Source: Octopus sinensis (taxonomy: Eukaryota). Taken from it: a stretch of 64,000 bases of DNA. A model generated the notes under the pieces. That model was not told where the DNA came from. It was given only the letters and a program-made list of their open reading frames with translations, and did not search any database. Below are positions 38,657-50,718 of this stretch, in pieces. Each line of letters begins with the position of its first letter. The stretch's first letter is position 1. The position numbers and the translations under genes were made by a program. The stretch covers positions 14,363,579 to 14,427,578 of the forward strand of contig NC_043026.1 in NCBI RefSeq assembly GCF_006345805.1. Direction: 5' to 3'.

Positions 38657-39382
38657 TATATATATATAAATGTGGAGTAGCTGAAACAGGGACAACTGAA
38701 GAAGGGGAATATTCCTTGTGTTGTATGTCTTGTACTCTGTTTTTTCGTTGTTTGCAAAAAAGTCCGTTTCCATGTTTTTGTATTTATGTTTTCGTTTCTC
38801 TTTGTGTTCAAGGTTTTTTGGTGTCCTGTACCCATATATGCATGTATATATACATATATTCCTCAAAGAGCAGAGGAACTCTTGAGAGTCAACGGCCATC
38901 CAATAAATGCCTTAAGGCTGTATCATGCACGGGGACATAGAAATAATCGGACTGAATACCCGATCGTGCGGTTAAACCATTGGGAGTGAAGGACTCCTAG
39001 CCTTTGTTAGGGCATCCTTCTAGGAGAAGGTAACTCAGGTAACTGGGATAACTGCGACATAAAACCTGCTGCTCAGTGGTTACCAATGATGTTGACTTGT
39101 TCTTCTTTTCGGATTATAGCTGCTGTTGCTTAGTGAGTGGGATTGACTCAGTGCACAGCCTTTCCTCACTTAAAAAAAATCTTCTTACACAGGCATTGCA
39201 CGATAACAATATTGATTAAGCTTCGTGCAATGGCCATACTCGATAACGAGGGGGCAGCCACCAGATGTAGGTATGTACATATATACTTATTGCTTCATAT
39301 AAACATGCTATGCATGTAAATATATAGGAAGAGAGAGAGAGAGAGTATCATGTAGAGTATAAATTCTATGATATATATAGAC

Positions 39383-40132
39383 CAGTGGTTTTCAACCAGG
39401 GTTCCGCCAGTACAGTCCAGGGGTTCCACAAGAAGTTACAAAACTGCTAAAATCGGCAGTAATTTTTAATTCTCCTGTGCAGATATGTGTGCATAAAACT
39501 ATTAAATTATTGCACAGGGGTTCCTCGAGCCAGTGGAATGTTTCCTTGGGGTTCCGCTCCAGCAAAATGTTTGAAAAGCACTGGTCTAGGGAATACTACA
39601 ATTTATTAATGGGTAGGTGCAATTTGAAGGTAAGCGGGGTCAGGATGTTTAAAAAAAGAAGTTATCAAGAAACAATATATAAGGGAAATAATTTACCATC
39701 AGGGGCTACAGGGTCAGTATTTAAGAGTGAGCTTGTAATGGTCTAGGGCAGTGGTTTTCAACCAGGGTTCCGCGAAACATTAGGGTTCCGCCAGTACAGT
39801 CCAGGGGTTCCGCAAGAAGTTACAAAAATGCTAAAATCGGCAGTAATTTTTAATTCTCCTGTGCAGATATGTGTGCATAAGACTATTAAATTATTGCACA
39901 GGGGTTCCTCAAGCCAGTGGAATGTTTCCTTGGGGTTCCGCTCCAGCAAAAAGATTAAAAAGCACTGGTCTAACTAGTGTCTAACTCAGTGGTTTTCAAC
40001 CAGGGTTCCGTGGAACCTTAGGGTTCCGCAAGAAGTTACAAAACTGCTAAAATCGGCAGTAATTCTTAATTCTCCTGTGCAGTGGAATGTCTCCTTGGGG
40101 TTCCGCTCCAGCAAAACTTTTGAAAAGCACTG
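39383..40132. mobile_element. Three hAT (Charlie-like) MITE copies
   Basis: 39383-39583, 39749-39967 and 39987-40132, each CAGTGGTTTTCAA...AAAAGCACTG with NTCTA/NTATA-type 8-bp flanks. Confidence 0.85.
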
Positions 40133-40441
40133 ATATAAAGAGAGAGAGATCAGAAGACTGTAAGTAGTTCTTAAGGGGAAGGCGGTACACTGGCCCTCAA
40201 TTATGGACACATCAATCTGAGTTAAGGAAGTGCCAACCGGCTGACTAACAGTCTGTGTTAGCCAGTCCTCACTGCCCCTCAAGACTTCCCTACCAGCCTT
40301 AAAAGTGAGCTTCTTCCTGTTACTGGGTATTTCTTTCTCTCTCTCTCTCTCTCCCTTGCTCTCTCAAAATAAATGAATAAGTAAAAAAAGAAAACAACAC
40401 TTCGTTATGTAGCTCAGTGCCTAGTTTTATACATATGTGTG

Positions 40442-40488
<47 letters not shown>

Positions 40489-40511
40489 GTGTGTGTGTGT
40501 ATATATATATA

Positions 40512-40542
<31 letters not shown>

Positions 40543-41043
40543 TATATGTATATATATATATATATATTATATTAAATTAGAGATAAAACCACTATTGGGC
40601 AAATCAAACAGTGAAAATCATAAACAATACATAGAAATAAAATTAATTAAAAAATATATAAAAAATATAAAATATAAAATATAAAAATCCAATTAAAATA
40701 TTTAAATTAAAGTTAAAATTTTTAAAAAAATATTTAAATTAATAATTTAAACTTATAAATTATAAATATATATATTTTTATTATTATTTTATTTAATTAT
40801 TTATTTTTTTATTTATATTTTTTATATTTTTATATATTATTTTTTATTTTTTATATCTTTTAAAAATTTGTATTAAAAAATTTTTTTTTTTATAAACTAT
40901 CAAAAAGTATTAAAAGTTTAATAAGATAAAGAGTAAAAACACTACGATCGTTTCATGCCCGTAACCAATTCGAATAACAATAATTTAAATTCTATATATA
41001 AATGTGTGTGTGTATATATATTATATATATATATATATATACA

Positions 41044-41079
<36 letters not shown>

Positions 41080-42296
41080 CTCTTTACTCTTTTACTTGTT
41101 TCAGTCATTTGACTGCGACCATGCTGGAGCACCGAATTAATTTCACTGAATTAAGTTCGCAAGTCAAATAAAATTACTGTAGCAATAGACTTTTCTGGTG
41201 TAGCACGAACATTGCACATTTCATTCTTCATCTAAATTTCTTTTAGATTTAGTGATTCAAAGCAAAACTGCTCGTGAAATTACTGAAATTTCTAGTATGG
41301 GAGAAGTTATTAAAAGATGTGAACTTTTATTCTGGGATGAATATAAAATATTGAAGACCTGAACAGGGGTCTGCAAGATGTAAGAAACCAGAAAACTTTG
41401 ATGAACTGACTGAGTTACTCTTTTACTTGTTTCAGTCATTTGACTGCAGCCATGCTGGAGCACCGCCTTTAGTCGAGCAAATCGACCCCGGGACTTATTC
41501 TTTGTAAGCCCAGTACTTATTCTATCGGTCTCTTTTGCCGAACCGCTAAGTGACAGGGACATGAACACACCAGCATTGGTTGTCAAGCAATGCTAGGGGG
41601 ACAAACACAGACACACAAACATATACACACACACTTACATATATATATACATATATACGACAAGCTTCTTTCAGTTTCCGTCTACCAAATCCACTCACAA
41701 GGCATTGGTCGGCTCGGGGCTATAACAGAAGACAGTTGCCCAAGATGCCATGCAGCGGGACTGAACCTGGAACCATGTGGCTGGTTAGCAAGCTACTTAC
41801 CGGTGGCATGGAGTGAAGTCATATATGCTCTTTTACTCTTTTACTTGTTTCAGTCATTTGACTGCGGCCATGCTGGAGCACCGCCTTTAGTCGAGCAAAT
41901 TGACCCCAGGCCTTATTCTTTGTAAGCCCAGTACTTATTCTATCGGTCTCTTTTGCCGAACCGCTAAGTGACGGGGACGTAAACACACCAGCATCGGTTG
42001 TCAAGCAATGCTAGGGGGACAAACACAGACACACAAACACACACACACATATATATATACATATATACGAGAGGCTTCTTTCAGTTTCCGTCTACCAAAT
42101 CCACTCACAAGGCATTGGTCGGCCTGGGGCTATAGTAGAAGACACCTGCCCAAGGTGCCACGCAGTGGGACTGAACTCGGAACTATGTGGTTGGTTAGCA
42201 AGCTACTTACCACACATCCACTCCTGCACCTATGGCCACTCCTGTGTGTATATGTATATATAAATACATATATGTACACAACACACTATATATATA

Positions 42297-42333
<37 letters not shown>

Positions 42334-42394
42334 GCCATGTTGATTCGCTAGCCTCTGTACGCATTTTTTTCTCTCCGTGTTTCTTTTCTGTGTA

Positions 42395-42432
42395 TCTTTC
42401 TGTTGAAGAGCGTAGGCTCGAAACGTAAAAGA
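42395..42432 (+). ncRNA. Type I minimal hammerhead-like motif in a Penelope-type repeat (42330-42530)
   Basis: TCTTT CTGTTGA A GAGC GTAG GCTC GAAAC GTA AAAGA: perfect stems I and II; the core has U in place of the conserved A6. Confidence 0.6.
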
Positions 42433-42529
42433 CTTGTTTTATTTATATTCCTGAGCGCCATACTAATACAATTGTTTGTTTGTATTCCACCTGCCTTCGT
42501 CTTTTGTTTATTTTCATAAAGCTTCCCGT

Positions 42530-42561
<32 letters not shown>

Positions 42562-42564
42562 TAT

Positions 42565-42902
42565 ATAAAGACCCCCTTCGGTCATGAATGACCATGGGAT
42601 TGCACCTAGAAAGTTACCCTCCTAGACACAAGTCCAGGCAAGGTTGTTTATGGAAGGCCAGCAGTCGCCCTTGCATACCGGCCTCCCCTCTCCATGCCAC
42701 CAGTGTTATCCAAGGGAAAGACAAAGGTCGTTACAGCTTGGCACCAGTGACGTCGCAACTCATTTCTACAGCTGAGTGAACTGGAGCAACGTGAAATAAA
42801 GTGCCTTGCTCAAGAACACAACACCCAGCCCGGTCCGGGATTCGAGCTCACAACCTCACGATCGTAAGCTCGACGCTCTAACCACTGAGCCATGCGCCTT
42901 CA
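42565..42902 (-). mobile_element. SINE family C, full length
   Basis: tRNA-like head GGCGCATGGCTCAGTGGTTAGAGCG and CORE-like GTTCTTGAGCAAGGCACTT; partial copies at 4396-4590 and 45340-45500. Confidence 0.8.
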
Positions 42903-43566
42903 AAACATATATATATAAAAACATATATATGATATTATGTTATCAGGAAATTTTCACTAGAATCTGCCAATTATACCCAAGGAAACAGAAACTGATGAAA
43001 TTTGAACATACTTTGAATCATCCTGTTTATGGCACAATGCTAGAATGTTGAAGCTTACAACATGCATTTGTGGTTATTTGTGGTGATTTCGAGCCAGGTC
43101 TTTCACTGAAAGTTCACAACAGCTTGGCTAAGAAAAAGTTCCTGTGAACTCTGAAAACAATGCGATTATATCTACCATCAGCACAATGGATAGAAAGTGC
43201 TAATGAATTAATAAAACAAATATTTAATAACTTGTTGCTACAAAGACTTTACTTTGCAGTGTGTGAAAAATCAATATTGGCACAAAAAAAAAATGTGACA
43301 GTTAAATTATCAAGCAAAACGAAAAAAAAAAAAAAAAACCCCCACTCAAAAAATATTCCAGAGAATGATTATATTTACTAATCGTTCAATGCGGTTATTG
43401 ATCAGAATGAAGTCGTTAACGATCCAAATGAGCTTCTAAATTCTTTTGAATACCCAGGGTTGCATCCTCAGCAACTACAACTTAGAGTTGGAGCTCCTAC
43501 AATTCTACAAAATTTATCTCGGTCTAAGTTCGGTAGTTGTTATTTTTCAGGATGGGCATATATATA

Positions 43567-43968
43567 TTCATTTTCATTTTTTCATTTTATCTAGTTTCAG
43601 CTCACGAGCTGTGGCCATGCTGGGGCACCGCCATTCGGTGTTGCTACATGATTTTACTTCACGAATGCTTTTTAGCAATTGCCATTTGTGCATGAGAGAG
43701 TTCAATGCAGCTGCCCTCATCTGCACCTCCTGCCGTGAAGCTGGTTCATCTGGGACACCTGACAGGAAGAGATCCAGTTTTATTTTAAAGACATCTGCAT
43801 CTACCCCATGCTAGTTTCTCAGGTCCTTCGGGAGGATATTGAAGAGCTGTGGACCTCTGAAGCCCAGGCTATCACAGTATCTTGTCCTACATCTTGATGG
43901 CAAATTTAGAGTCCTTGGCACCACGCAGTGGCGCCCAGTTCTAGTATTTGTGTAACTCTTGATGCCAT
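43567..43968 (-). mobile_element. CR1-group LINE 3' end
   Basis: SLGFRGPQLFNILPKDLRN..VFKIKLDLFLSGVPDEP..RAAALNSL, then tail GGCGGTGCCCCAGCATGGCCACAGCTCGTGAGCTGAAAC and (ATGAAA)-like repeats. Confidence 0.85.
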
Positions 43969-44904
43969 ATATATATATATAGTAAAGAAAAACTTTTAGT
44001 TAATAGCAGAGAATGCAGAACTTTACTACCTGGAAAATTGGTGTGCTTGATTTACAAAAAATATATGTTAGACTATTATAATGCACATTGAATGATTGAT
44101 ACATCTATCCATCGAGAGAGAGAGAGAGAGAGAGAGAGATGGATAGATAGATAGTTAGATAGACAAACAGATAAATAGAAAGATTGATAGTTGATTTGGT
44201 GTTTACATATTTAATACAGCAGCCATTAAAAAAAGGTAGCAAGACTAAAATTATGTGGTGAGATAAGATAAAAGATTTGTCTGTCTGTCTGTCTATCTTT
44301 CACGACACATAACTTATTCCTAGATCGCTATTTAATGATCCGTGCATTAAATATAGTGTTAACACTAACTTAATTATTGTTTTTGTGAGAATGGCACCTC
44401 TGAATTATTTACTCTGTGTCAGACATTCAGTCTCATAAATGTCTACCAACATCAATATGGTGCAGGAGTGGCTGTGTGGTAAGTATCTTGATAACCAACC
44501 ACATGGTTCCGGGTTCAGTCCCACTGCATGGCATCTTGGGCAAGTGTCTTCTACTATAGCTTCGGGCCAACCAAAGCCTTGTGAGTGGATTTGGTAGACG
44601 GAAACTGAAAGAAGCCCGTCGTATATATGTATATATGCGTGTCTGTGTTTGTCCCCCTAGCATTGCTTGACAACCGATGCTGGTGTGTTTACGTCCCTGT
44701 TACTTAGCGGTTCGGCAAAAGAGACCAATAGAATACGTACTGGGCTTACAAAAGAATAAGTCCCAGGGTCGAGTTGCTCGATTAAAGGCGGTGCTCCAGC
44801 ATGGCCGCAGTCAAATGACTGAAACAAGTAAAAGAGTATAAAAGAGTAAAAGAGAATATATGTATGTATCTGCATGTATTTATCCATCTCTATATCTAGT
44901 TATC

Positions 44905-44938
<34 letters not shown>

Positions 44939-45584
44939 TGCATGCATATATATGTCCTGGGTATAACTCTTTAGTATTTAAACCAACCATATCTGGCCCA
45001 AATCTTCTACCTGTTTTATGTTTAGAAACTGGTCTGATCTGGCCTCTCACACCTGCCCTACAATGTCTTTATAAAGATAAACAGAAGCATCATTGAAATC
45101 CCCGAAGCCATAAGATAATGCCTAAACAATATAAACATATAAGCATCACAGTTGCCAGAGTAATCTGAATGCTAAGGAGTTAAACTGTATTTGATAGTGG
45201 AACTCTGGTTCAGGAGTTCCGCGCGCGCGTGCGTGCGTGCGTGCGTGCGTGCATGCGTGTGTTTGTGCAGATTTGTATGCATGTAGGAAACCATGTGCCT
45301 TTGCTGATAGGGAGTCACTCATGATCATAAGATTATGGTTTCAATTCCTGAACCAGGCAACGCATTGTGCTCTTCAGCAAAACACTTCATTTCACGTTGC
45401 TCCAGTTCATCAGACGTTAAAAAGTCACTCAAATGGTGACAGTTTTGTGCATTGGCGCTCATTAAAAGTGTTTCAAATCAATAAATTTGATCAGTGCCGA
45501 TGCATAAAGCTCCCATCCCCTAAGTCACTTTATAACTTCTGTTGATTGCTAATAAAGAAAGAAAATGTGTGTGTGTGCGTGTGT

Positions 45585-46320
45585 CATCATCATCGTTTAA
45601 CGTCCGTTTTCCGCGCTAGCATGGGTTGGACGGTTTGACCGGGGATCTGGGAAGCCAGAAGGCTGCACCAGGCTCAGTCTTATCTGGCAGTGTTCTACAG
45701 CTGGATGACCTCCTAACGCCAACCACTCCGTGAGTGTAGTGGATGCCTTTACGTGCCACCTGACACAGGTGCCAGGCGAGGCTGGCAACGGCCACGGTCG
45801 GATTGGAGTATTTTATGGTGCCACCGGCACGGAAGCCACGAGGCGGGGCTGTGCTGGCATCGGCCACGAGTCGGAATGGTGCTTTTTACGTACCACCAGA
45901 CCAGGGATCCTGGCTGGTTCAATTCGATTTCGATTTTTCGCTTGCCCCAACAGTCTTCGCAAGCAAGGGGGTTGGCAGGGTGCCGTTGTACGGTCAGATT
46001 GGTGTATTTTACGTGCCACCGGCACGGAAGCCAGTGGAGCGGCGCTGGCATCGGCCACGAGTCGAGATAGTGCTTTTTACGTACCACCAGACCAGGGACC
46101 TGGCTGGTCAATTCGATTTCGCTTGCCCCAACATGTCTTCGCAAGCAAGGGGGTGGCATGGGTGCCTGTCGGACGGTCAGATTGGCTCGTATTTTTACAT
46201 GCACCCGGCACAGAAGCCAGTGGAGGCAGCGCTGGCCATCGGCCACGAGTCGGATAGTGCGTTTGACGTACCACCAGACCAGGGGTCCTGGCTGGTTTAA
46301 TTCGATTTTGACTTCGCTTC
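45585..46320 (-). mobile_element. Family R element with an expanded GC-rich internal array
   Basis: Repeated GCTTTTTACGTGCCACCGGCAC / TACGTACCACCAGACCAGGG units; explains the overlapping ORFs here. Confidence 0.75.
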
Positions 46321-46708
46321 GATTTGTGTGTGTGGTATAATATATATTATATATTATATATTATATATATATATAATTATAACAATAAGGGTTTTGCAAC
46401 AAGTTGCTTAAACACATACCGAAAATTTTAGAAATAGCAGCCAAAGGACTACTATTTCCTTTTTATCACTGTGATCACCGTGACCGACCAGGCTAACAGA
46501 TGTTGTACACATCGCTGGTCACAGTGCACTTCGTATTGTTTTAACCTTCAAGTGATGCCACCCCGCTGGCTAAGCGAGCAGGCCAACAGAAGAAAGAATG
46601 AGAGAAAGTTGTGGCGAAAGAGTACAGCAGGGATTGCCACCACCCCCTACCAGAGCCTCGTGGAGCTTTAGGTGTTTTTTGCTCAATAAACACTCACAAT
46701 TCTTATAC

Positions 46709-46808
46709 NNNNNNNNNNNNNNNNNNNNNNNNNNNNNNNNNNNNNNNNNNNNNNNNNNNNNNNNNNNNNNNNNNNNNNNNNNNNNNNNNNNNNNNNNNNN
46801 NNNNNNNN
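46709..46808. other. Assembly gap (100 N)
   Basis: N run; true size and contiguity across it are unknown. Confidence 1.
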
Positions 46809-47239
46809 TAAACACCCTTTAATTTTCAAAATTTCTAAGAGTCTTAATGTTTTCAGTGGTGTAGAATTTACAATGTAATTATTCTTTTTCGTGGCCGATG
46901 CCAGCACCACCTCGACTGGCTCCAGTGCCGGTGGCACATAAAAAGCACCATCCGAACGTGGCTGATGCCAGTGCTGCCTTGGCTGGCTTCCGTGCCGGTG
47001 GCACGTTAAAAGCACCAACCAATCGTGGCCGATGCCGGACTCCCCTGGCACCAGTGCAGGTGGCACGTAAAAAACACCCCACTACACTCGCGGAGCGGTT
47101 GGCATTAGGAAGGGCATCCAGCTGTAGAAACTCTGCCAGATCAGACTGGAGCCTGGTGCAGCCGCTGGCTTCCCACACCCCGGTCGAACCGTCCAACCCA
47201 TGCTAGCGCGGAAAACAGACGTTAAACGATGATGATGAT

Positions 47240-48840
47240 TCCATGTGCCATTATATTAAATATTTGTGAAGAGTAATCATGCCATTCCCAAAAATTCAGC
47301 AGACCTGTCAGATTTTCAAAGAGGTTATATTGTTGGGCAATCTGAGGCTGGTCTTCACCAGTGAAAAAATTGCTGAAAATCTTCAAATTCCTCTTGCTAC
47401 TGTTAATGGTATTATAGTGCAATTCAAAAGCCGAGGAAAAGAATCAACAGATTCTCTTCCCAGCTGACCTGGGTCCTTGGAAAAGAAGCTTCTCTGTTTG
47501 AAGAGTGAACCCTGTTCGAAGGAATCCTGTTTGAAGACTTCTGACATGCAAAAACAGCTAGAAGTTAGTCCAAGAATTGTGTTACATATCTACATAAGTT
47601 TGGGTATTATATGGACGAGCAGCTAGAAAGAAAACCTCTCCTTCAACCATTAATATCATGAAAAGAAAGAAAAGAAATGGGCTAAGGAGATGTCAGAAAA
47701 AATCCAGTTCATTTTTGGGATAGAGTGATTTTCTCAGATGAATCCAGATTTGTATTATTTTCAGACAGTGGACGTGTTTGGGTCTGGAGGCTTCCCAAAC
47801 AAGAATTTGATTTGAAACGGCTCCAACCAACTGTGAAACATGGCGGTATCTCTGTAATGGTATGGGGAGCTATCATCAGCAATGGTTGTTCTGAGCTGAT
47901 CAAATGTGTTGGAACCATAAATTCTGAAAAATACATTGAAATACTTAAGCAAGAACTACTTCCAATGTATTCACATGATAACATAATGAAAAATGAGTTA
48001 TTATTCATGGAAGATGGGGCTTCATGCCACACACCAAAGAGGAATCAGCAATGGCTGACTGAAAATGGGATCAAAAACTTCTTTGGTAGAGCCAGTCTCC
48101 TGACATGAACCCAATTGAAAATCTTTGGAACATACTAGATAGAGCTATATGAAAAATTCAACAGAAACCTAAATCTAAAGATGAATTGTGTCGATTGTTG
48201 CATTTGAGCTTTGGTGTTGGAGAAGACTTTTGCGGATTCCATGGACAGCGAGGCTCACTAATGGAGAAGTTCTTAAGCAGATAAGGCCGAAAATTTTGCT
48301 AGAAGCTAGGATCACCAAGCATAGATTGGCATATTTCGGTCATATTATGCGGAGAAAATCCCTGGAGAAGGACATCATGCTTGGAATGGTCAGTGGCAAG
48401 AGAGGAAGAGGCCGACCAATGGAGAAGTTCTTAAGCAGATCAGGCTGAAAATGTCGCTAGAAGCTAGGATCACCAAGCATAGATTGGCATATTTTGGTAA
48501 CATTATGCAGAGAGAATCCCTGGAGAAGGACATCATGCTCGGAATGGTCAGTGGCAAGAGAGGAAGCGGCCGACCAAGAACCCGCTGGCTTGACACCATC
48601 AAGAGTGATACAAGAATGGACATGGCCAGTCTGAAAGAAGCGGCCCAGGAAAGAACTGACTGGAGGACACTGATCCAACAAGTAACCGAGAGTTGACTTC
48701 AACTGAGCGGATAGAGAGAGAGTTGCATGAAAAGTGGGCAGAAATTCCACAAGAGACAATCACAAAGCTCATCAGTTCAATGCCAAAAAGAGGTTCTGAA
48801 TTAAAAACTGTGAAGGGAATGTCAACTAAATACTAAAGTA
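47240..48840 (+). mobile_element. Decayed Tc1 (DD34E) transposon
   Basis: DLSDFQRGYIVG, IFSDESRF, PTVKHGGISVMVWG, FMEDGASCH, SPDMNPIENLW and SMPKR..KGMSTKY; frameshifts and stops. Confidence 0.9.
48204..48721 (+). mobile_element. 5'-truncated RTE (BovB-like) LINE inserted in the Tc1 element
   Basis: AFELWCWRRLLRIPW..RLAYFGHIMRR..GRPRTRWLDTIK, (GA)n tail, 7-bp TSD gttgcat, internal ~158-bp duplication. Confidence 0.9.
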
Positions 48841-48900
48841 TGTAGTCCTACCTATCGATTGCATTTCAATTGTTCGATTTGCATATTAAATAAAAGAGTT

Positions 48901-49325
48901 GGATCTTTTCGGTTTGAACGGCAGTTTTTAACATAATTTCTAGGTAACTAAAAAAATGTTAAACTTCGTATACTGGTAGTAGATGTGTTATTAAAAACAT
49001 CTTTTTCTCCTTGGTTATTGAGAAAATTCTTATAGTGTAAAGATATTTGTTGTTTTTTTTCTTCAATTTCTGCAATTTCAACCAATCACTGGCGTTTTGA
49101 GGTAAACAAACTTCTGTGCCGTATGAATATGTCCCTCATTTAAGAAACAGATTGGGTTATTTACATTGTGAAGAATGAAGAAAAAAGATACCCTTCCCCT
49201 AACCCTAACTAACCCTAATCCTAAAAGAGATTGAAATGCAATAGATCGATACTAGGGTCATAATTATGGGTGACAATTTCATATGACACTGCTAGAAAAA
49301 ACTGCCGTTCAAACAGAAAAGATCC
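48901..49325. mobile_element. Non-autonomous TIR element (MITE)
   Basis: ~28-bp TIRs ggatcttttcggtttgaacggcagtttt / aaaaactgccgttcaaacagaaaagatcc. Confidence 0.8.
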
Positions 49326-49572
49326 ATAAAAAACAAAAGACTCATTTTGGTCTCATTCATTTCCAGTTCTCCACATAAATACGTCTGGGTTGTTTGTTCA
49401 AAAGAGTGGAAGATAAAAACCTCATCTGGAAACAGGTGGTGGGGACAAGAGGAAGAGCATCCAGCTGTAAAGACTCGACACCCACATACTGATACAAACA
49501 TGTAAATGTTAACCCTTTCATTACTGTATTTATTTTGAGATGTTCTGTGTTTCTTTCAATTATTTTAAATAT

Positions 49573-49877
49573 GTGGAGGCACAATGGCCTAGTGGTTAGG
49601 GCAGCGGACTCGCGGTCGCAGAATCGCGGTTTCGATTCCCAGACCGGGCATTGTGTGTGTTTATTGAGCAAAAACACCTAAAAGCTCCACAAGGCTTCGG
49701 CAGGGGGTGGTGGTGATCCCTGCTGTACTATTTCACCACTCTTTCTCCCACTCTTTCTTCTGTTGGCCTGCTCGCTTAGCCAGCGGGGTGGCGTCATTCG
49801 AAGGCTAAAACAATGCGAACGCATTGTGACCAGCGATGTGTAACAACATCTGATGGTCTGGTCAGTCACGTGATCAC
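49573..49877 (+). mobile_element. SINE subfamily B3 inserted in a piggyBac-type MITE
   Basis: Family B head with a different tail; TSD tttaaatat (49564-49572 / 49878-49886). Another copy at 46470-46700(-). Confidence 0.85.
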
Positions 49878-50189
49878 TTTAAATATAACAAAGACTTTAG
49901 TAAAATAACTTGGTTACCATTAAGCTAGTGTTAGGAACATAATGTGACTAAGGTTTGGTGGAAGATGTCAATTCAAAACTTATGAAAACTCGACATTTGT
50001 ACACAGAGCCAGAGCCGGTTTCAGCCGGGTTCATTATGAAAGGGTTAAAGCAATGATAGTAATAACTCTCTGTAGAGAAGCTGTGAGTTTCAAAGCACTT
50101 CCTCCTCTGTATTCGCTCTCCCACTGATTTTCAAGGAAATGTTTACATCAATAGAGAAACTGACCTCTAGGACAACATGCCTTCCCTTC

Positions 50190-50343
50190 CCCTCTCCTCC
50201 TACTACTACTACAACTAGCACCACCACAACTACCACCACCACTACTACTATCCCCACCACTACCATCACCACCACCCACTACTACTACAACTATTACTAC
50301 AACCACCTCCACCCACTACTACTACAACTACTCTACTACTACT

Positions 50344-50380
<37 letters not shown>

Positions 50381-50687
50381 GCTGCTGCTACTACTATTAC
50401 TACTACCACCACCTCCACCCACTACTACTACTACTACTATTACTACTACCACCACCTCCACCCACTACTACTACAACTATTACTACTACCACCACCACCT
50501 CCACCCACTACCGCTACAACAACTACTACTGCTACTACTACTACTGCTACTACTACTGCCACTACTACTACTACTGCTACTACTACTATTACTACTACCA
50601 CCACCTCCCACTACTACTACAGCTAATACTACTACCACCACCACCTCCACCCACTACCACTACAACAACTACTACTGACTACTACTG

Positions 50688-50718
<31 letters not shown>

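Larger units (their letters stand above)
41160..43540 (+). mobile_element. Helitron PIF1 helicase relic split by SINEs
   Basis: VIKRCELLFWDE and EDLNRGLQDVRN (41300-41400); LSGNF..LPIIPK..SSCLW (42940); CEKSILAQK; ELLNSFEYPGLHPQQLQLRVGAPTIL (43430). These are Helitron helicase motifs in the correct order. Confidence 0.8.

Noticed and set aside
45750-47090. CRISPR-like pattern of a palindromic ~25-nt repeat with spacers
   Set aside because: The spacers are homologous to one another, the array is part of a dispersed eukaryotic retroposon, and there are no cas genes.
49195-49225. Telomere-like CCCTAA repeats
   Set aside because: A few degenerate units internal to a MITE; not an interstitial telomere.
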